Counted from the first letter of the stretch, positions 31,613-40,611 are shown. The stretch is 64,000 nt of DNA from an uncultured Pelagibacteraceae bacterium (GCA_902583585.1 CACHWN010000001.1:32831-96830), one strand, 5' to 3'. Program-made: numbers and translations. The notes: generated by a model not told the origin, from the letters alone.

Positions 31613-32725
31613 TTATGAATTAGGTATAATTATATTTTTTAAATCTTCTTTATTTAATTTGATAGGATTATTAGATAATCTCAATATATTTACTCCAGAA
31701 ATAAATTTATCGTAATCTCTCTCTAAATCAATTTTTAAATTTTGAAAATTATTTTCTAAATTTGCATTAACCTTAATATCTACTAAAAATTTATTAAAAT
31801 CCAAAAAATTTTTTGTCTTAGAAGCTTTAAACATTATTTTATATCTAGAACTTAAATCAAAATTACAATTTGCTTTTGATATATTTTTATAATTGAACTC
31901 TAAAAATTGATTTAAAGTGAGAGAGACAGCGTGACCGTGACTAATATTGTACATTGACGTAAAAGGGTACGATACAGCATGAGGTGCCGTAGTTTTTGAA
32001 ATGTTGATTGCCTCTCCAGCCAAGTTAGCAGCAAAATTCATGGCAGAAGTATTTTCAAGATTTGGTTTGTTTAAAAAATCTAAAAAATACTTAAGTGAAA
32101 TTTGAAGAGACCTCTCAGCAAATTTTACACTTTTTTCATTTGATTTTTTTGAAATTAAAGATTCTATTGCTTGAGCTATGGCATCAAAACCTGCAGAGGC
32201 TTTTACAGCTCTAGAGGCCCTAATTACTAAGTCAGGTACAAGAAAAAAAAAATCTGGTCTCAAATTGTCACCTTCCACTGAATATTTAACTTTATTTATA
32301 TATATAACAGCATTCGAAGTGACCTCTGCTCCAGAGCCTGCTGTAGTTGGTATGGCAGCAAGTTTTGCAAATTTTTTCTTAATTTTATAAGTTGAACTAT
32401 ATATTTCTTCAATAAGATCTCGACTATCAAATAAAACATTAGCAATTTTAGCATAATCTAAGACCGAGCCACCGCCAATTGCTAAAATTAAATCTGGACT
32501 ATATCTTTTTATTAATTTTATAATCTCTTTTAATTCATTTATTTCAGGATAGTAAGACTTTTTGAAATAAAACTGAGAGTTTTTTTTAATTGACTCTTTC
32601 ATTAAAGCATCAGCTCCAGAGCTTTTATAGGAATTTTTTCCACAAATAATAAAAATTTTTTTAATTTTTTCCTCATTTAATAAAATTTTGAGTTCATTAG
32701 TAGATGGGAAATTAATATCTTCCAT
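31613..32725 (-). CDS. Iron-containing alcohol dehydrogenase, probable phosphonoacetaldehyde reductase
   Basis: GGGSVLDYAK, PTTAGSGAEVT, HAVSYP, SHGHA; translationally coupled to ppd. Confidence 0.85.
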   Translation of the reverse strand: MEDINFPSTNELKILLNEEKIKKIFIICGKNSYKSSGADALMKESIKKNSQFYFKKSYYPEINELKEIIKLIKRYSPDLILAIGGGSVLDYAKIANVLFDSRDLIEEIYSSTYKIKKKFAKLAAIPTTAGSGAEVTSNAVIYINKVKYSVEGDNLRPDFFFLVPDLVIRASRAVKASAGFDAIAQAIESLISKKSNEKSVKFAERSLQISLKYFLDFLNKPNLENTSAMNFAANLAGEAINISKTTAPHAVSYPFTSMYNISHGHAVSLTLNQFLEFNYKNISKANCNFDLSSRYKIMFKASKTKNFLDFNKFLVDIKVNANLENNFQNLKIDLERDYDKFISGVNILRLSNNPIKLNKEDLKNIIIPNS

Positions 32726-33828
32726 TAATTTATCATAAAGTTATCTTTTATTTTAATCAAATTTTTTGGTCTGGATAAATTTTTCAGTGTACCATTATTT
32801 ATTTTTACCTCTAATAAACTAGGCCCTTTGGATTTAATAAATTTTTTTAGAATTCTTTCTAAGCTTTTTTTATTTGTTATTTTATAAAAATTTCTATACC
32901 CAATACTTTTAGATAATCTCTTAAAATCTATACCAGCTGCATTTGTTAATTGCCCTCCAACAGACTCATGTGAATTATTATTTAAAATAATGTGTTTTAA
33001 ATTAATATTTTTAGTATAACCTGTAGTTCTCATAGGTCCTAAATGCATTAAAATTGATCCGTCACCATCTAGACAAAAAGTTTGTTTTCTTGAATTATGT
33101 GCGTATCCTAAAGCTACGCTAATTGAATGGCCCATCCCACCTACCATATAAAAATCTTTTCCTTTGTTAATATTACTTTTTTTCCTTATTTCCATCAGTT
33201 CACGTGATGTATATCCAGTAGTCGAAATAACTTTACTTCTTAAAGGCAATAAACCAATGAATCTTTTAATAAATTCTGCTCTAGTGATTGACTTAAATAT
33301 TTTTTTTTCTCTAATTCTATCTTTAGTTTTAAGAGTTCCTTTTTCTATTAAACAGGCTACAATTTTTTTATTTTTAATTGACTCCTTAATAATTTTTTTT
33401 AGGAGATCTAAATCTTTTTCATTTCTTAAAATACAATATTTTATTTTTAATAGTTTTAATAACTTTAAAGTTATTTTTCCTTTTGCTTTATGCTGAGGTT
33501 CATCAGGTTTACTAGGAGAACCTCTCCATCCGATCATTAGAAACAAAGGTATAGAATATACCTCTTGGTTAGCAATTGATATTAAGGGATTTATAGCGTT
33601 ACTTAACCCGGAGTTTTGCAAGTAGATACAAGGTATTGTTTTTGTAGAGAGGTAGTGACCTATACCAATAGAAACAGCAGATCCTTCATTAGTTGCTATT
33701 ACATGCTTTTTTAAAGGATAATTTCCAAGTTTTTTTGATAAGCTAGTTAGAATACTATCTGGAACTCCTGTGAAAAAATTTATCTTATTTTTTTTTAAAG
33801 TTTTAATTAAGTTTTCAACAAATATCAT
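32725..33828 (-). CDS. ppd: Phosphonopyruvate decarboxylase
   Basis: GVPDS, NEGxA, QNSGLxNAINP, GWRG..DEPQH, MVGGMGH, TPP motif DGDG...NN, HESVGGQ; follows pepM. Confidence 0.92.
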   Translation of the reverse strand: MIFVENLIKTLKKNKINFFTGVPDSILTSLSKKLGNYPLKKHVIATNEGSAVSIGIGHYLSTKTIPCIYLQNSGLSNAINPLISIANQEVYSIPLFLMIGWRGSPSKPDEPQHKAKGKITLKLLKLLKIKYCILRNEKDLDLLKKIIKESIKNKKIVACLIEKGTLKTKDRIREKKIFKSITRAEFIKRFIGLLPLRSKVISTTGYTSRELMEIRKKSNINKGKDFYMVGGMGHSISVALGYAHNSRKQTFCLDGDGSILMHLGPMRTTGYTKNINLKHIILNNNSHESVGGQLTNAAGIDFKRLSKSIGYRNFYKITNKKSLERILKKFIKSKGPSLLEVKINNGTLKNLSRPKNLIKIKDNFMIN

Positions 33829-33830
33829 TG

Positions 33831-35123
33831 TTACTTAATTAAATTTATAACTTTTTTGACAGAGCTAATTTTATTTTCTAATTCATAAGATCTCTGATTT
33901 TTAAGAATACTAAAAGCAGCATTTTCCATAGCGGGATACGCAGCCCTAAGCATGTGATTTGCATAAATAACTATTTGAAAACCATTTTGAATTAGCATGG
34001 ACTCACTTGTTTTTGAATATGTTGAGGGGACAGATACAAGAGGTTTTTTATACTTAGACTTTCGAAAAATTTTTGAAAATGAAAAAATTTCTTTTGGAGT
34101 TTTTTCTTTACTATGAATCAAAATTATATCTGCCCCGGCCTCTGAATAAGCACTGGCCCTTTTGATGCTATCTTTTAAGCCTTTTCCTAATATAAAGCTT
34201 TCAATTCTTGCTCCAATTAAAAAATCTTTTGATTTTCTAACCTTTTTAATAAGTTCAATTTTCTTACAAAAATCCTTTATCGAGTCTTGTTTAGAGCCTG
34301 ACTGGTCAGAAAATAGAGAATTTTTTTTAAGACCAATTTTATCCTCAATCATAATTGAGGAAACTCCTAATCTTTCTAAAGTTTTTATTGAATAAGGAAG
34401 ATGCTCTAATCTACCTCCGTTATCTGCATCGAAGATTAAAGGTTTAGAAGTAACATCTAATAAATCACCCAGTCCGCTAAATCTTGATGAAAAATCAAGC
34501 ACTTGGTTATCAGGCTTTCCTTTTAAACTTGAGTCAGTTAAACTAGAGGACCACATTGCATCAAATTGTTCAACTATATTTTTTTTTCTAATTTTTATAT
34601 TTTCTGCAATTAATCCTGAAAGTGGACTATGTGACTCTAGTACTCTTACAATTTTTTTAGTGTTTAATAATCTTTTAAGAATTGAAACTCTGTTATTAGG
34701 AGTATGATAATTTATTAGTTTTGTTTTTATAGCAGTTGATGAAATATTTTTTGTATATTTCGGCTCAATCAATTTACCTCCCCATCTTTTTAAATAAGAA
34801 ATTACTTGCTTTCTTGTCTCAGACTGAGGTCCACTTTTCCAATCATCACCGTGGACAACAAAATTTGGTTTTATCAAATTTAAGTTTGGCCTATAATCTA
34901 AAGTGTTTTGGGGTATTACCTCTTTAACAAGCTTTATATTTCTTAATACGATTTCTCTCTGTTTATAATTAAGGGTTGGTATGTTTTTATAAGATGAAAT
35001 AGCAGCATCAGTTAAAAGACCCGCTATAACTTCACCATATTTGCTTGCGGTTTTTATAATATTTATGTGGCCTTCATGAAGAATATCTGCTGATAGAGCG
35101 ATGTAAACAATTTTTTTTTCCAT
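33831..35123 (-). CDS. pepM: Phosphoenolpyruvate mutase with N-terminal cytidylyltransferase domain
   Basis: N-terminal HxGH (LHEGH), HGDDW, YTxxISST; C-terminal PepM signature EDKIGLKKNS (EDKx5NS), DADNGG, ARIES, IYANH. Confidence 0.93.
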   Translation of the reverse strand: MEKKIVYIALSADILHEGHINIIKTASKYGEVIAGLLTDAAISSYKNIPTLNYKQREIVLRNIKLVKEVIPQNTLDYRPNLNLIKPNFVVHGDDWKSGPQSETRKQVISYLKRWGGKLIEPKYTKNISSTAIKTKLINYHTPNNRVSILKRLLNTKKIVRVLESHSPLSGLIAENIKIRKKNIVEQFDAMWSSSLTDSSLKGKPDNQVLDFSSRFSGLGDLLDVTSKPLIFDADNGGRLEHLPYSIKTLERLGVSSIMIEDKIGLKKNSLFSDQSGSKQDSIKDFCKKIELIKKVRKSKDFLIGARIESFILGKGLKDSIKRASAYSEAGADIILIHSKEKTPKEIFSFSKIFRKSKYKKPLVSVPSTYSKTSESMLIQNGFQIVIYANHMLRAAYPAMENAAFSILKNQRSYELENKISSVKKVINLIK

Positions 35124-35287
35124 AATTTTAATTTAATAAATTTAAGATTAATTCATTAATCTAAATTAATTCTTTTTTTTTACTTGAAATATTTATTAAT
35201 GGCAAGACTAGTTAAAATTTCTGTAATGACTATGGAAATAAAACTTATTCTTTTGGGCATTAAATGTGATTAAATATTTTAAAAATA

Positions 35288-36169
35288 TTAAACATTCGCT
35301 ATAATTTTACACTCTTTATTGTTTGCTAACAATTTTTCATTTCTAAAATCTTCAAGATTTGGTTCGAGTACTTTAATTAATCCGAAAGGGTACGGCTGAT
35401 CAATTAGTATTTTTCCTATTTTAATATTATTAAAAGTAATTTCATCACCAATATTTAATTTTTCAGATGAAGATATTGGTAACAATCTTCTTCTAAGTTT
35501 GTTTTTCAATTTCATCCTCGCGGTATTTTCTTGCCCAATAAAACATCCCTTTTTAAAATCTATTGCCCGATGCGTCTCAAAATTTGCTTCTAATCCAAAT
35601 AATTGGTCCTTTAAATTTAACAAACCTTTTTCAGGCACTCCCAACTTATGAGCAAGAGAGTAGTACTCATTACTATTGATAATAGAAAGATTTAATTTTT
35701 TAATTGTTAAGTAAAGTTTTTCAAGGTTTGAAACTATTCTCGCTCCTAATTCTTTATTTCTTGGATCTAAAAAAATAGGAGTATCTCTATAGGCAATAGT
35801 ATTATCATTTAACTTTAATTCTTTTTGTAGTTCTTTGAATTTTAAAAAGTTTATTATTCCAACAACAAATTCATTAGAAAGATCCTCAATTTCAACTATT
35901 GATCTTAATTTGTATTTTGATAAATTTTTTATTAGCTGATTAGTAGAGTTTTCGCTACAGTCTAATAAATATCCTTTATTATTCTGAATTATAAAAAATT
36001 CATTCAAATATTTACCTTGGGGAGTCAACAAGGCAGCAAAAACAGAGCTTTTATAAGAAACCTTATTTATATCATTCGTAATTATATTTTGGAGAAAGTC
36101 TTTAGCATCTTTTCCACTGACTAAGATTACACCTCTTTTTTCTAAAATTACAACTTGATCTTTTTTCAT
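35288..36169 (-). CDS. ygfZ: Folate-binding Fe-S/tRNA-modification protein YgfZ
   Basis: FLQNIITND, LTPQGK, signature KGCFIGQE. Confidence 0.92.
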   Translation of the reverse strand: MKKDQVVILEKRGVILVSGKDAKDFLQNIITNDINKVSYKSSVFAALLTPQGKYLNEFFIIQNNKGYLLDCSENSTNQLIKNLSKYKLRSIVEIEDLSNEFVVGIINFLKFKELQKELKLNDNTIAYRDTPIFLDPRNKELGARIVSNLEKLYLTIKKLNLSIINSNEYYSLAHKLGVPEKGLLNLKDQLFGLEANFETHRAIDFKKGCFIGQENTARMKLKNKLRRRLLPISSSEKLNIGDEITFNNIKIGKILIDQPYPFGLIKVLEPNLEDFRNEKLLANNKECKIIANV

Positions 36170-36205
36170 ATTTGTTACTTATACAATATATTATAAATAA
36201 AAAAC

Positions 36206-37519
36206 ATGTCTGATAATTATAGTCTTATTATTAAAAATGGTTCCTGTTATATCGATGGCAAATTGATAAAATCTGATATTGGTTTATATGAAAATAAAAT
36301 AAAAAAAATAGGTAGTATAGAGGAAAATGGTTCTAAAGTTTACGACGCATCTGGCAAAGTAGTTTTGCCAGGTATCATTGACACACAAGTACATTTTAGA
36401 GAACCTGGTTCTACTGACTCGGAAGATTTAGAAAGCGGAAGTAGAGCTGCAGTTCTTGGAGGAGTAACCTCTTTGTTCGAGATGCCCAACACTAACCCAC
36501 CAACAGCAAACTTAGTAGAGTTTGAAAAAAAATTAAAAGCGGCAAAAAATAGAATGCATTCTAATTATGCATTTTATTTTGGAGCAACTCCGCAAAATAC
36601 CGAGCAACTTGCACAACTTAAAAACGTTGAAGCCTGTTGTGGAGTTAAACTTTTTGCAGGATCCTCGACAGGCAATCTGTTAGTGGACAAAGAGACGGAT
36701 ATCGAAAAAGTGATTTCTAGTAGCGATAGGATAGTTTCAATTCACTCTGAAGATGAAGATATTATTAAATTAAGAAAAAAATTTATTAGACAAGGAGATG
36801 TTCACTCCCATCCTGAATGGAGAAATGTAGAATGCGCGATGTCTTCAACTCGTAGAGTTGTAAAAATTGCAGAAAGATATGATAAAAAAATTCATGTATT
36901 ACATGTCACAACCAAAGAAGAGGTAGATTTTTTAGCTATGCATAAAAAAAATGTTACCTTCGAAACAACTCCTCAACATTTAACTCTGTATGCACCAGAT
37001 TGTTACGATAAATTAGGTACTTACGCTCAAATGAACCCGCCCTTAAGATCAAAAGATCATTACGATCGCTTGTGGGTTGCTATTAAAAATAATGTTGTAG
37101 ATGTTCTTGGGTCAGACCATGCTCCGCATTTAAAAATAAATAAAGATAAAGAATACCCAAATACTCCATCAGGAATGCCAGGCGTTCAAACAATTTTCCC
37201 AGTCATGATTGATCATGTAAACAATGGAAAACTTTCATTAAATCAACTAATAAATTTGATGTGTGAAAACCCGTGTAAAATTTTTGGAATTAAAAATAAA
37301 GGTTTTTTAAAAGAGGGTTTTGATGCCGATCTGACAATAGTCGATATGGATAAAGAAGTTACTATAAACAATGAAATGATTGCTAGTAAATGTGGTTGGA
37401 CACCTTTTCACAATTACAAAGTAAAAGGTTTCCCCGTAGGTACAATCGTAAACGGAATTTTAGTAATGTCTGAAGGAAAAATATTAGTTGAGTCTAAAGG
37501 GCAACCTTTAAAGTTTTAG
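36206..37519 (+). CDS. pyrC: Dihydroorotase (amidohydrolase, long type)
   Basis: PGIIDTQVHFREPG, EMPNTNP, MNPPLR, GSDHAPH. Confidence 0.85.
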   Translation: MSDNYSLIIKNGSCYIDGKLIKSDIGLYENKIKKIGSIEENGSKVYDASGKVVLPGIIDTQVHFREPGSTDSEDLESGSRAAVLGGVTSLFEMPNTNPPTANLVEFEKKLKAAKNRMHSNYAFYFGATPQNTEQLAQLKNVEACCGVKLFAGSSTGNLLVDKETDIEKVISSSDRIVSIHSEDEDIIKLRKKFIRQGDVHSHPEWRNVECAMSSTRRVVKIAERYDKKIHVLHVTTKEEVDFLAMHKKNVTFETTPQHLTLYAPDCYDKLGTYAQMNPPLRSKDHYDRLWVAIKNNVVDVLGSDHAPHLKINKDKEYPNTPSGMPGVQTIFPVMIDHVNNGKLSLNQLINLMCENPCKIFGIKNKGFLKEGFDADLTIVDMDKEVTINNEMIASKCGWTPFHNYKVKGFPVGTIVNGILVMSEGKILVESKGQPLKF

Positions 37520-39406
37520 AATATTATTATCTTTCAAGTCTTGTTTTATTTCATCTAAAATAGCAGGATCATCTATAGTTGCAGGCATTTTATAAGGTTC
37601 ATTATCTGCAATTTTTCTTACAGTTCCTCTAAGCACTTTTCCTGATCTGGTTTTGGGTAATCTCTTTACTATAATAGCTATTTTGAATGCCGCAACAGGA
37701 CCGACTTTTTCTCTTACCATTTTTACACATTCGCTAATTATATCTTTTTTATCTTTGGTAACACCTGCCTTAAGCGCTAGCAAACCAATAGGAATTTGAC
37801 CTTTAAGTTTATCAGCTATTCCTATTACTGCACACTCTGCAACATTCGGATGTTCTGCCAAAACTTCTTCAATAGCTCCGGTTGACAATCTATGGCCTGC
37901 AACATTAATAATATCGTCTGTTCTAGACATAATCCAAACATAACCATCCTCATCAATATGTCCTGCATCATAAGTTTGGTAATAACCTGGGTAAGCGGTC
38001 ATGTAATTTTCTTTATATCTTTTGTCTGCCCCCCATAATGTTGGAAATGTTCCTGGAGGAAGAGGGAGCTTTACAACAATATCTCCCATTTTACCTGGGC
38101 TCACTTCTTTACCTTCAGAATTTAAAACTTTTAGATCATAACCTGGTACTGGTTTGAACGCAGAACCGTATTTTACCGGAAAATTTTCAATTCCTGTACA
38201 GCTTGATGTTATTGCCCAACTTGTTTCTGTTTGCCACCAATGATCAATGACAGGAGAATTTGAAAGTTTCTCAAACCATTTTATTGTATCAGGGTCAGCT
38301 CTCTCACCAGCAAGAAACAGTTTATCAAACTTACTTAAATCGTATTTTTTAAAAAATTCTCCATTAGGATCCTCTTTTTTTATGGCTCTTATTGCTGTTG
38401 GTGCAGTAAAAAGAGATTTTACTTTATGTTCTGAAATTATTCTCCAGAAAACGCCTGCATCAGGTGTTCCTACAGGTTTTCCTTCAAATAAAACTGTCGT
38501 ACAACCATAAAATAATGGACCATACACTATGTAAGAGTGTCCAACTATCCAACCAATATCACTAGCAGACCACCATACGTCCTCTGGTTCGATATTGTAA
38601 ATGTTTTTCATAGTCCATTTTAAAGCAACTATATGTCCCCCTATATCACGAACTATTCCTTTTGGAAGGCCCGTAGTTCCTGATGTGTAAAGTATATAAG
38701 CGTAATCATTTGAATTCATTTTTTCACACTCTGCAGGTTTTACATCTTTATGAGCATCGTCCCAGGTAATATCAATCTCAGGCTTTAATTCTGCTTTATC
38801 CTTTTCTCTCTGAAAAATTATACATTTTTTAATTTTATGATTTGCTAATTCCAGTGCTTTATTAACCAAAGGTTTATAATGGACAGTACGTCCAGGCTCA
38901 TAACCGCAAGAGGCGGTAACAAGAATTTTAGCTTTAGAGTCATCAATCCTGCTTGCTAGTTCGTTTGCAGCAAAGCCCCCGAATACAACTGAGTGAATTG
39001 CACCAATTCTTCCACAGGCTAGCATAGCTACTACTGCTTCTGGAATCATGGGCATATAAATTATAACCCTATCTCCTTTATTTACTCCCTGTTTTTTTAA
39101 AGCTCCAGCAAATAAAGCAACTTTTTCTTTCAACTTTTTATAAGATATATTTTCTTTTGAACCAGTTATGGGGCTATCATAAATAATCGCAAGCTTTTCA
39201 CCTTTACCTTGGTCGACATGGAGATCTAAAGCGTTATAACAAGTATTTGTTACTCCGTCTTCGAACCACTTATAAAACGGGGGATTCTGGGAATTTAAAA
39301 TTTTTGTAGGTTTTTTATACCAAAATATATCATTAGAGATTTCTTTCCAAAAATCCTCTCGATTTCTGATAGATTTTTGGTAAATTTCGCTATATTTTTG
39401 AGTCAA
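37508..39406 (-). CDS. prpE: Propionate--CoA ligase (acyl-CoA synthetase)
   Basis: YTSGTTGLPKG, SDIGWIVGHSY, DHWWQTET, LPKTRSGK; TTG start with GGGAG SD upstream. Confidence 0.85.
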   Translation of the reverse strand: MTQKYSEIYQKSIRNREDFWKEISNDIFWYKKPTKILNSQNPPFYKWFEDGVTNTCYNALDLHVDQGKGEKLAIIYDSPITGSKENISYKKLKEKVALFAGALKKQGVNKGDRVIIYMPMIPEAVVAMLACGRIGAIHSVVFGGFAANELASRIDDSKAKILVTASCGYEPGRTVHYKPLVNKALELANHKIKKCIIFQREKDKAELKPEIDITWDDAHKDVKPAECEKMNSNDYAYILYTSGTTGLPKGIVRDIGGHIVALKWTMKNIYNIEPEDVWWSASDIGWIVGHSYIVYGPLFYGCTTVLFEGKPVGTPDAGVFWRIISEHKVKSLFTAPTAIRAIKKEDPNGEFFKKYDLSKFDKLFLAGERADPDTIKWFEKLSNSPVIDHWWQTETSWAITSSCTGIENFPVKYGSAFKPVPGYDLKVLNSEGKEVSPGKMGDIVVKLPLPPGTFPTLWGADKRYKENYMTAYPGYYQTYDAGHIDEDGYVWIMSRTDDIINVAGHRLSTGAIEEVLAEHPNVAECAVIGIADKLKGQIPIGLLALKAGVTKDKKDIISECVKMVREKVGPVAAFKIAIIVKRLPKTRSGKVLRGTVRKIADNEPYKMPATIDDPAILDEIKQDLKDNNILKL

Positions 39407-39552
39407 TTTTTACTCCCGGAATTTCTTTCATTTTTAAGAGTATTTCATAAATATCCCCAAAAAAAAATAGAAAATCCAATAAATATGCGGTTTTTTTGCA
39501 AAAAAAACACTTCACTGTAACTATGTTTTTTACTAAGGTCCACAACATATTA

Positions 39553-39630
39553 TTCGGTGGTGAGTCTATTTATCACTCGTCCGAGTAGTTTATATATAAA
39601 CTAAACGAAAACTAAACAAACGAGGGAGGT
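39553..39630 (+). promoter_or_regulatory. Structured leader/regulatory region of proteorhodopsin with strong SD
   Basis: GC-richer hairpin 39553-39585, perfect 18-bp palindrome 39586-39603, AACTAAAC repeated twice, GGAGGT at 39625-39630. Confidence 0.45.
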
Positions 39631-39634
39631 TTTC

Positions 39635-40405
39635 ATGAGAAAATTAGGTCTTCTTGCTTTAGCAGCTGTTGCCTTTTTAGGCATAACCAGCTCAGCTAAC
39701 GCAGCGACTGCCATGTTACAGACAAATGATTTCGTAGGAATTTCATTTTGGCTTGTATCAATGGGAATGATTGCAACAACTGTATTTTTCTTTGCAGAAA
39801 GAGGAACTGTTGCTGCATCATGGAGAACATCTTTAACAGTAGCTGGACTTGTAACTGGTGTTGCATTTGTTCACTACATGTATATGAGAGAAGTTTGGGT
39901 GACTACAGGCGATTCACCAACGGTATACAGATATATCGACTGGTTAATCACAGTGCCACTTCAAATGATCGAATTCTATCTAATCTTGGCAGCTGTTAGA
40001 AAGGTGCCAACTTCTATATTCTGGAAGCTATTAATTGGTTCATTAGTAATGTTAATCGGTGGATACTTAGGTGAAGCTGGTTATATTCAACCATTTGTAG
40101 GTTTCGTAATTGGAATGGCTGGATGGATTTACATCTTGTTTGAAATATTCTCAGGAGAAGCAGGAACAATGGCGGCAAAAGCTGGTAACAAAGCTATGTC
40201 TACAGCGTTTAGTGCTATGAGAATAATCGTAACTATTGGTTGGGCGATTTATCCACTAGGATATATTTTCGGTTACCTAACTGGTGGTGTTGATGCAAAT
40301 GCTTTAAACGTTATTTACAACTTAGCTGACTTTATTAACAAGATCGCTTTTGGTCTAGTTATCTGGGCAGCAGCAATGCAAAACACAAGATTATCATCTA
40401 GATAA
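39635..40405 (+). CDS. Proteorhodopsin, DTE proton pump, blue-tuned (Q at position 105)
   Basis: Signal peptide ending ANA, seven TM helices, RYIDWLITVPLQMIEF, retinal lysine in DFINKIAFG. Confidence 0.97.
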   Translation: MRKLGLLALAAVAFLGITSSANAATAMLQTNDFVGISFWLVSMGMIATTVFFFAERGTVAASWRTSLTVAGLVTGVAFVHYMYMREVWVTTGDSPTVYRYIDWLITVPLQMIEFYLILAAVRKVPTSIFWKLLIGSLVMLIGGYLGEAGYIQPFVGFVIGMAGWIYILFEIFSGEAGTMAAKAGNKAMSTAFSAMRIIVTIGWAIYPLGYIFGYLTGGVDANALNVIYNLADFINKIAFGLVIWAAAMQNTRLSSR

Positions 40406-40418
40406 TAGATAATAAATT

Positions 40419-40459
40419 AAAAAGGGCGGGTATGTCTCACATACTTGCCCTTTTTTTTT
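40419..40459 (+). terminator. Rho-independent terminator after proteorhodopsin
   Basis: Stem gggcgggtatgt / acatacttgccc followed by T9. Confidence 0.85.
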
Positions 40460-40473
40460 GATATTAACGAAAT

Positions 40474-40608
40474 ATGGAAATTTCAAAACCTTATAAAGGA
40501 AAAAGAAAAAGAAGATTAAAGAAAATGCCTTTTACAGTGAAAGGTTATATACTTTATTATGCTTTTTTTTGGGTAGTTATTATTTCAATTTATTTGGCTT
40601 ATTATTAA
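40474..40608 (+). CDS. Putative 44-aa small membrane protein
   Basis: Hand translation MEISKPYKGKRKRRLKKMPFTVKGYILYYAFFWVVIISIYLAYY*; fills the gap and ends 3 nt before the fdx ATG. Confidence 0.55.
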   Translation: MEISKPYKGKRKRRLKKMPFTVKGYILYYAFFWVVIISIYLAYY

Positions 40609-40611
40609 ACA

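Noticed and set aside
33831-35123. Alternative call as isocitrate lyase, methylisocitrate lyase or phosphonopyruvate hydrolase
   Set aside because: It has EDKx5NS rather than the KKCGH lyase motif, and it is coupled to ppd and a reductase, which indicates the biosynthetic direction.
31613-35123. Methylphosphonate (methane precursor) or fosfomycin production
   Set aside because: No MpnS/HepD cupin, radical-SAM methyltransferase or epoxidase in the window; only the steps to HEP/CMP-HEP are supported.
39491-39506. Palindrome TTTTTTTGCAAAAAAA upstream of proteorhodopsin
   Set aside because: Low-complexity homopolymer arms are expected by chance in AT-rich DNA.
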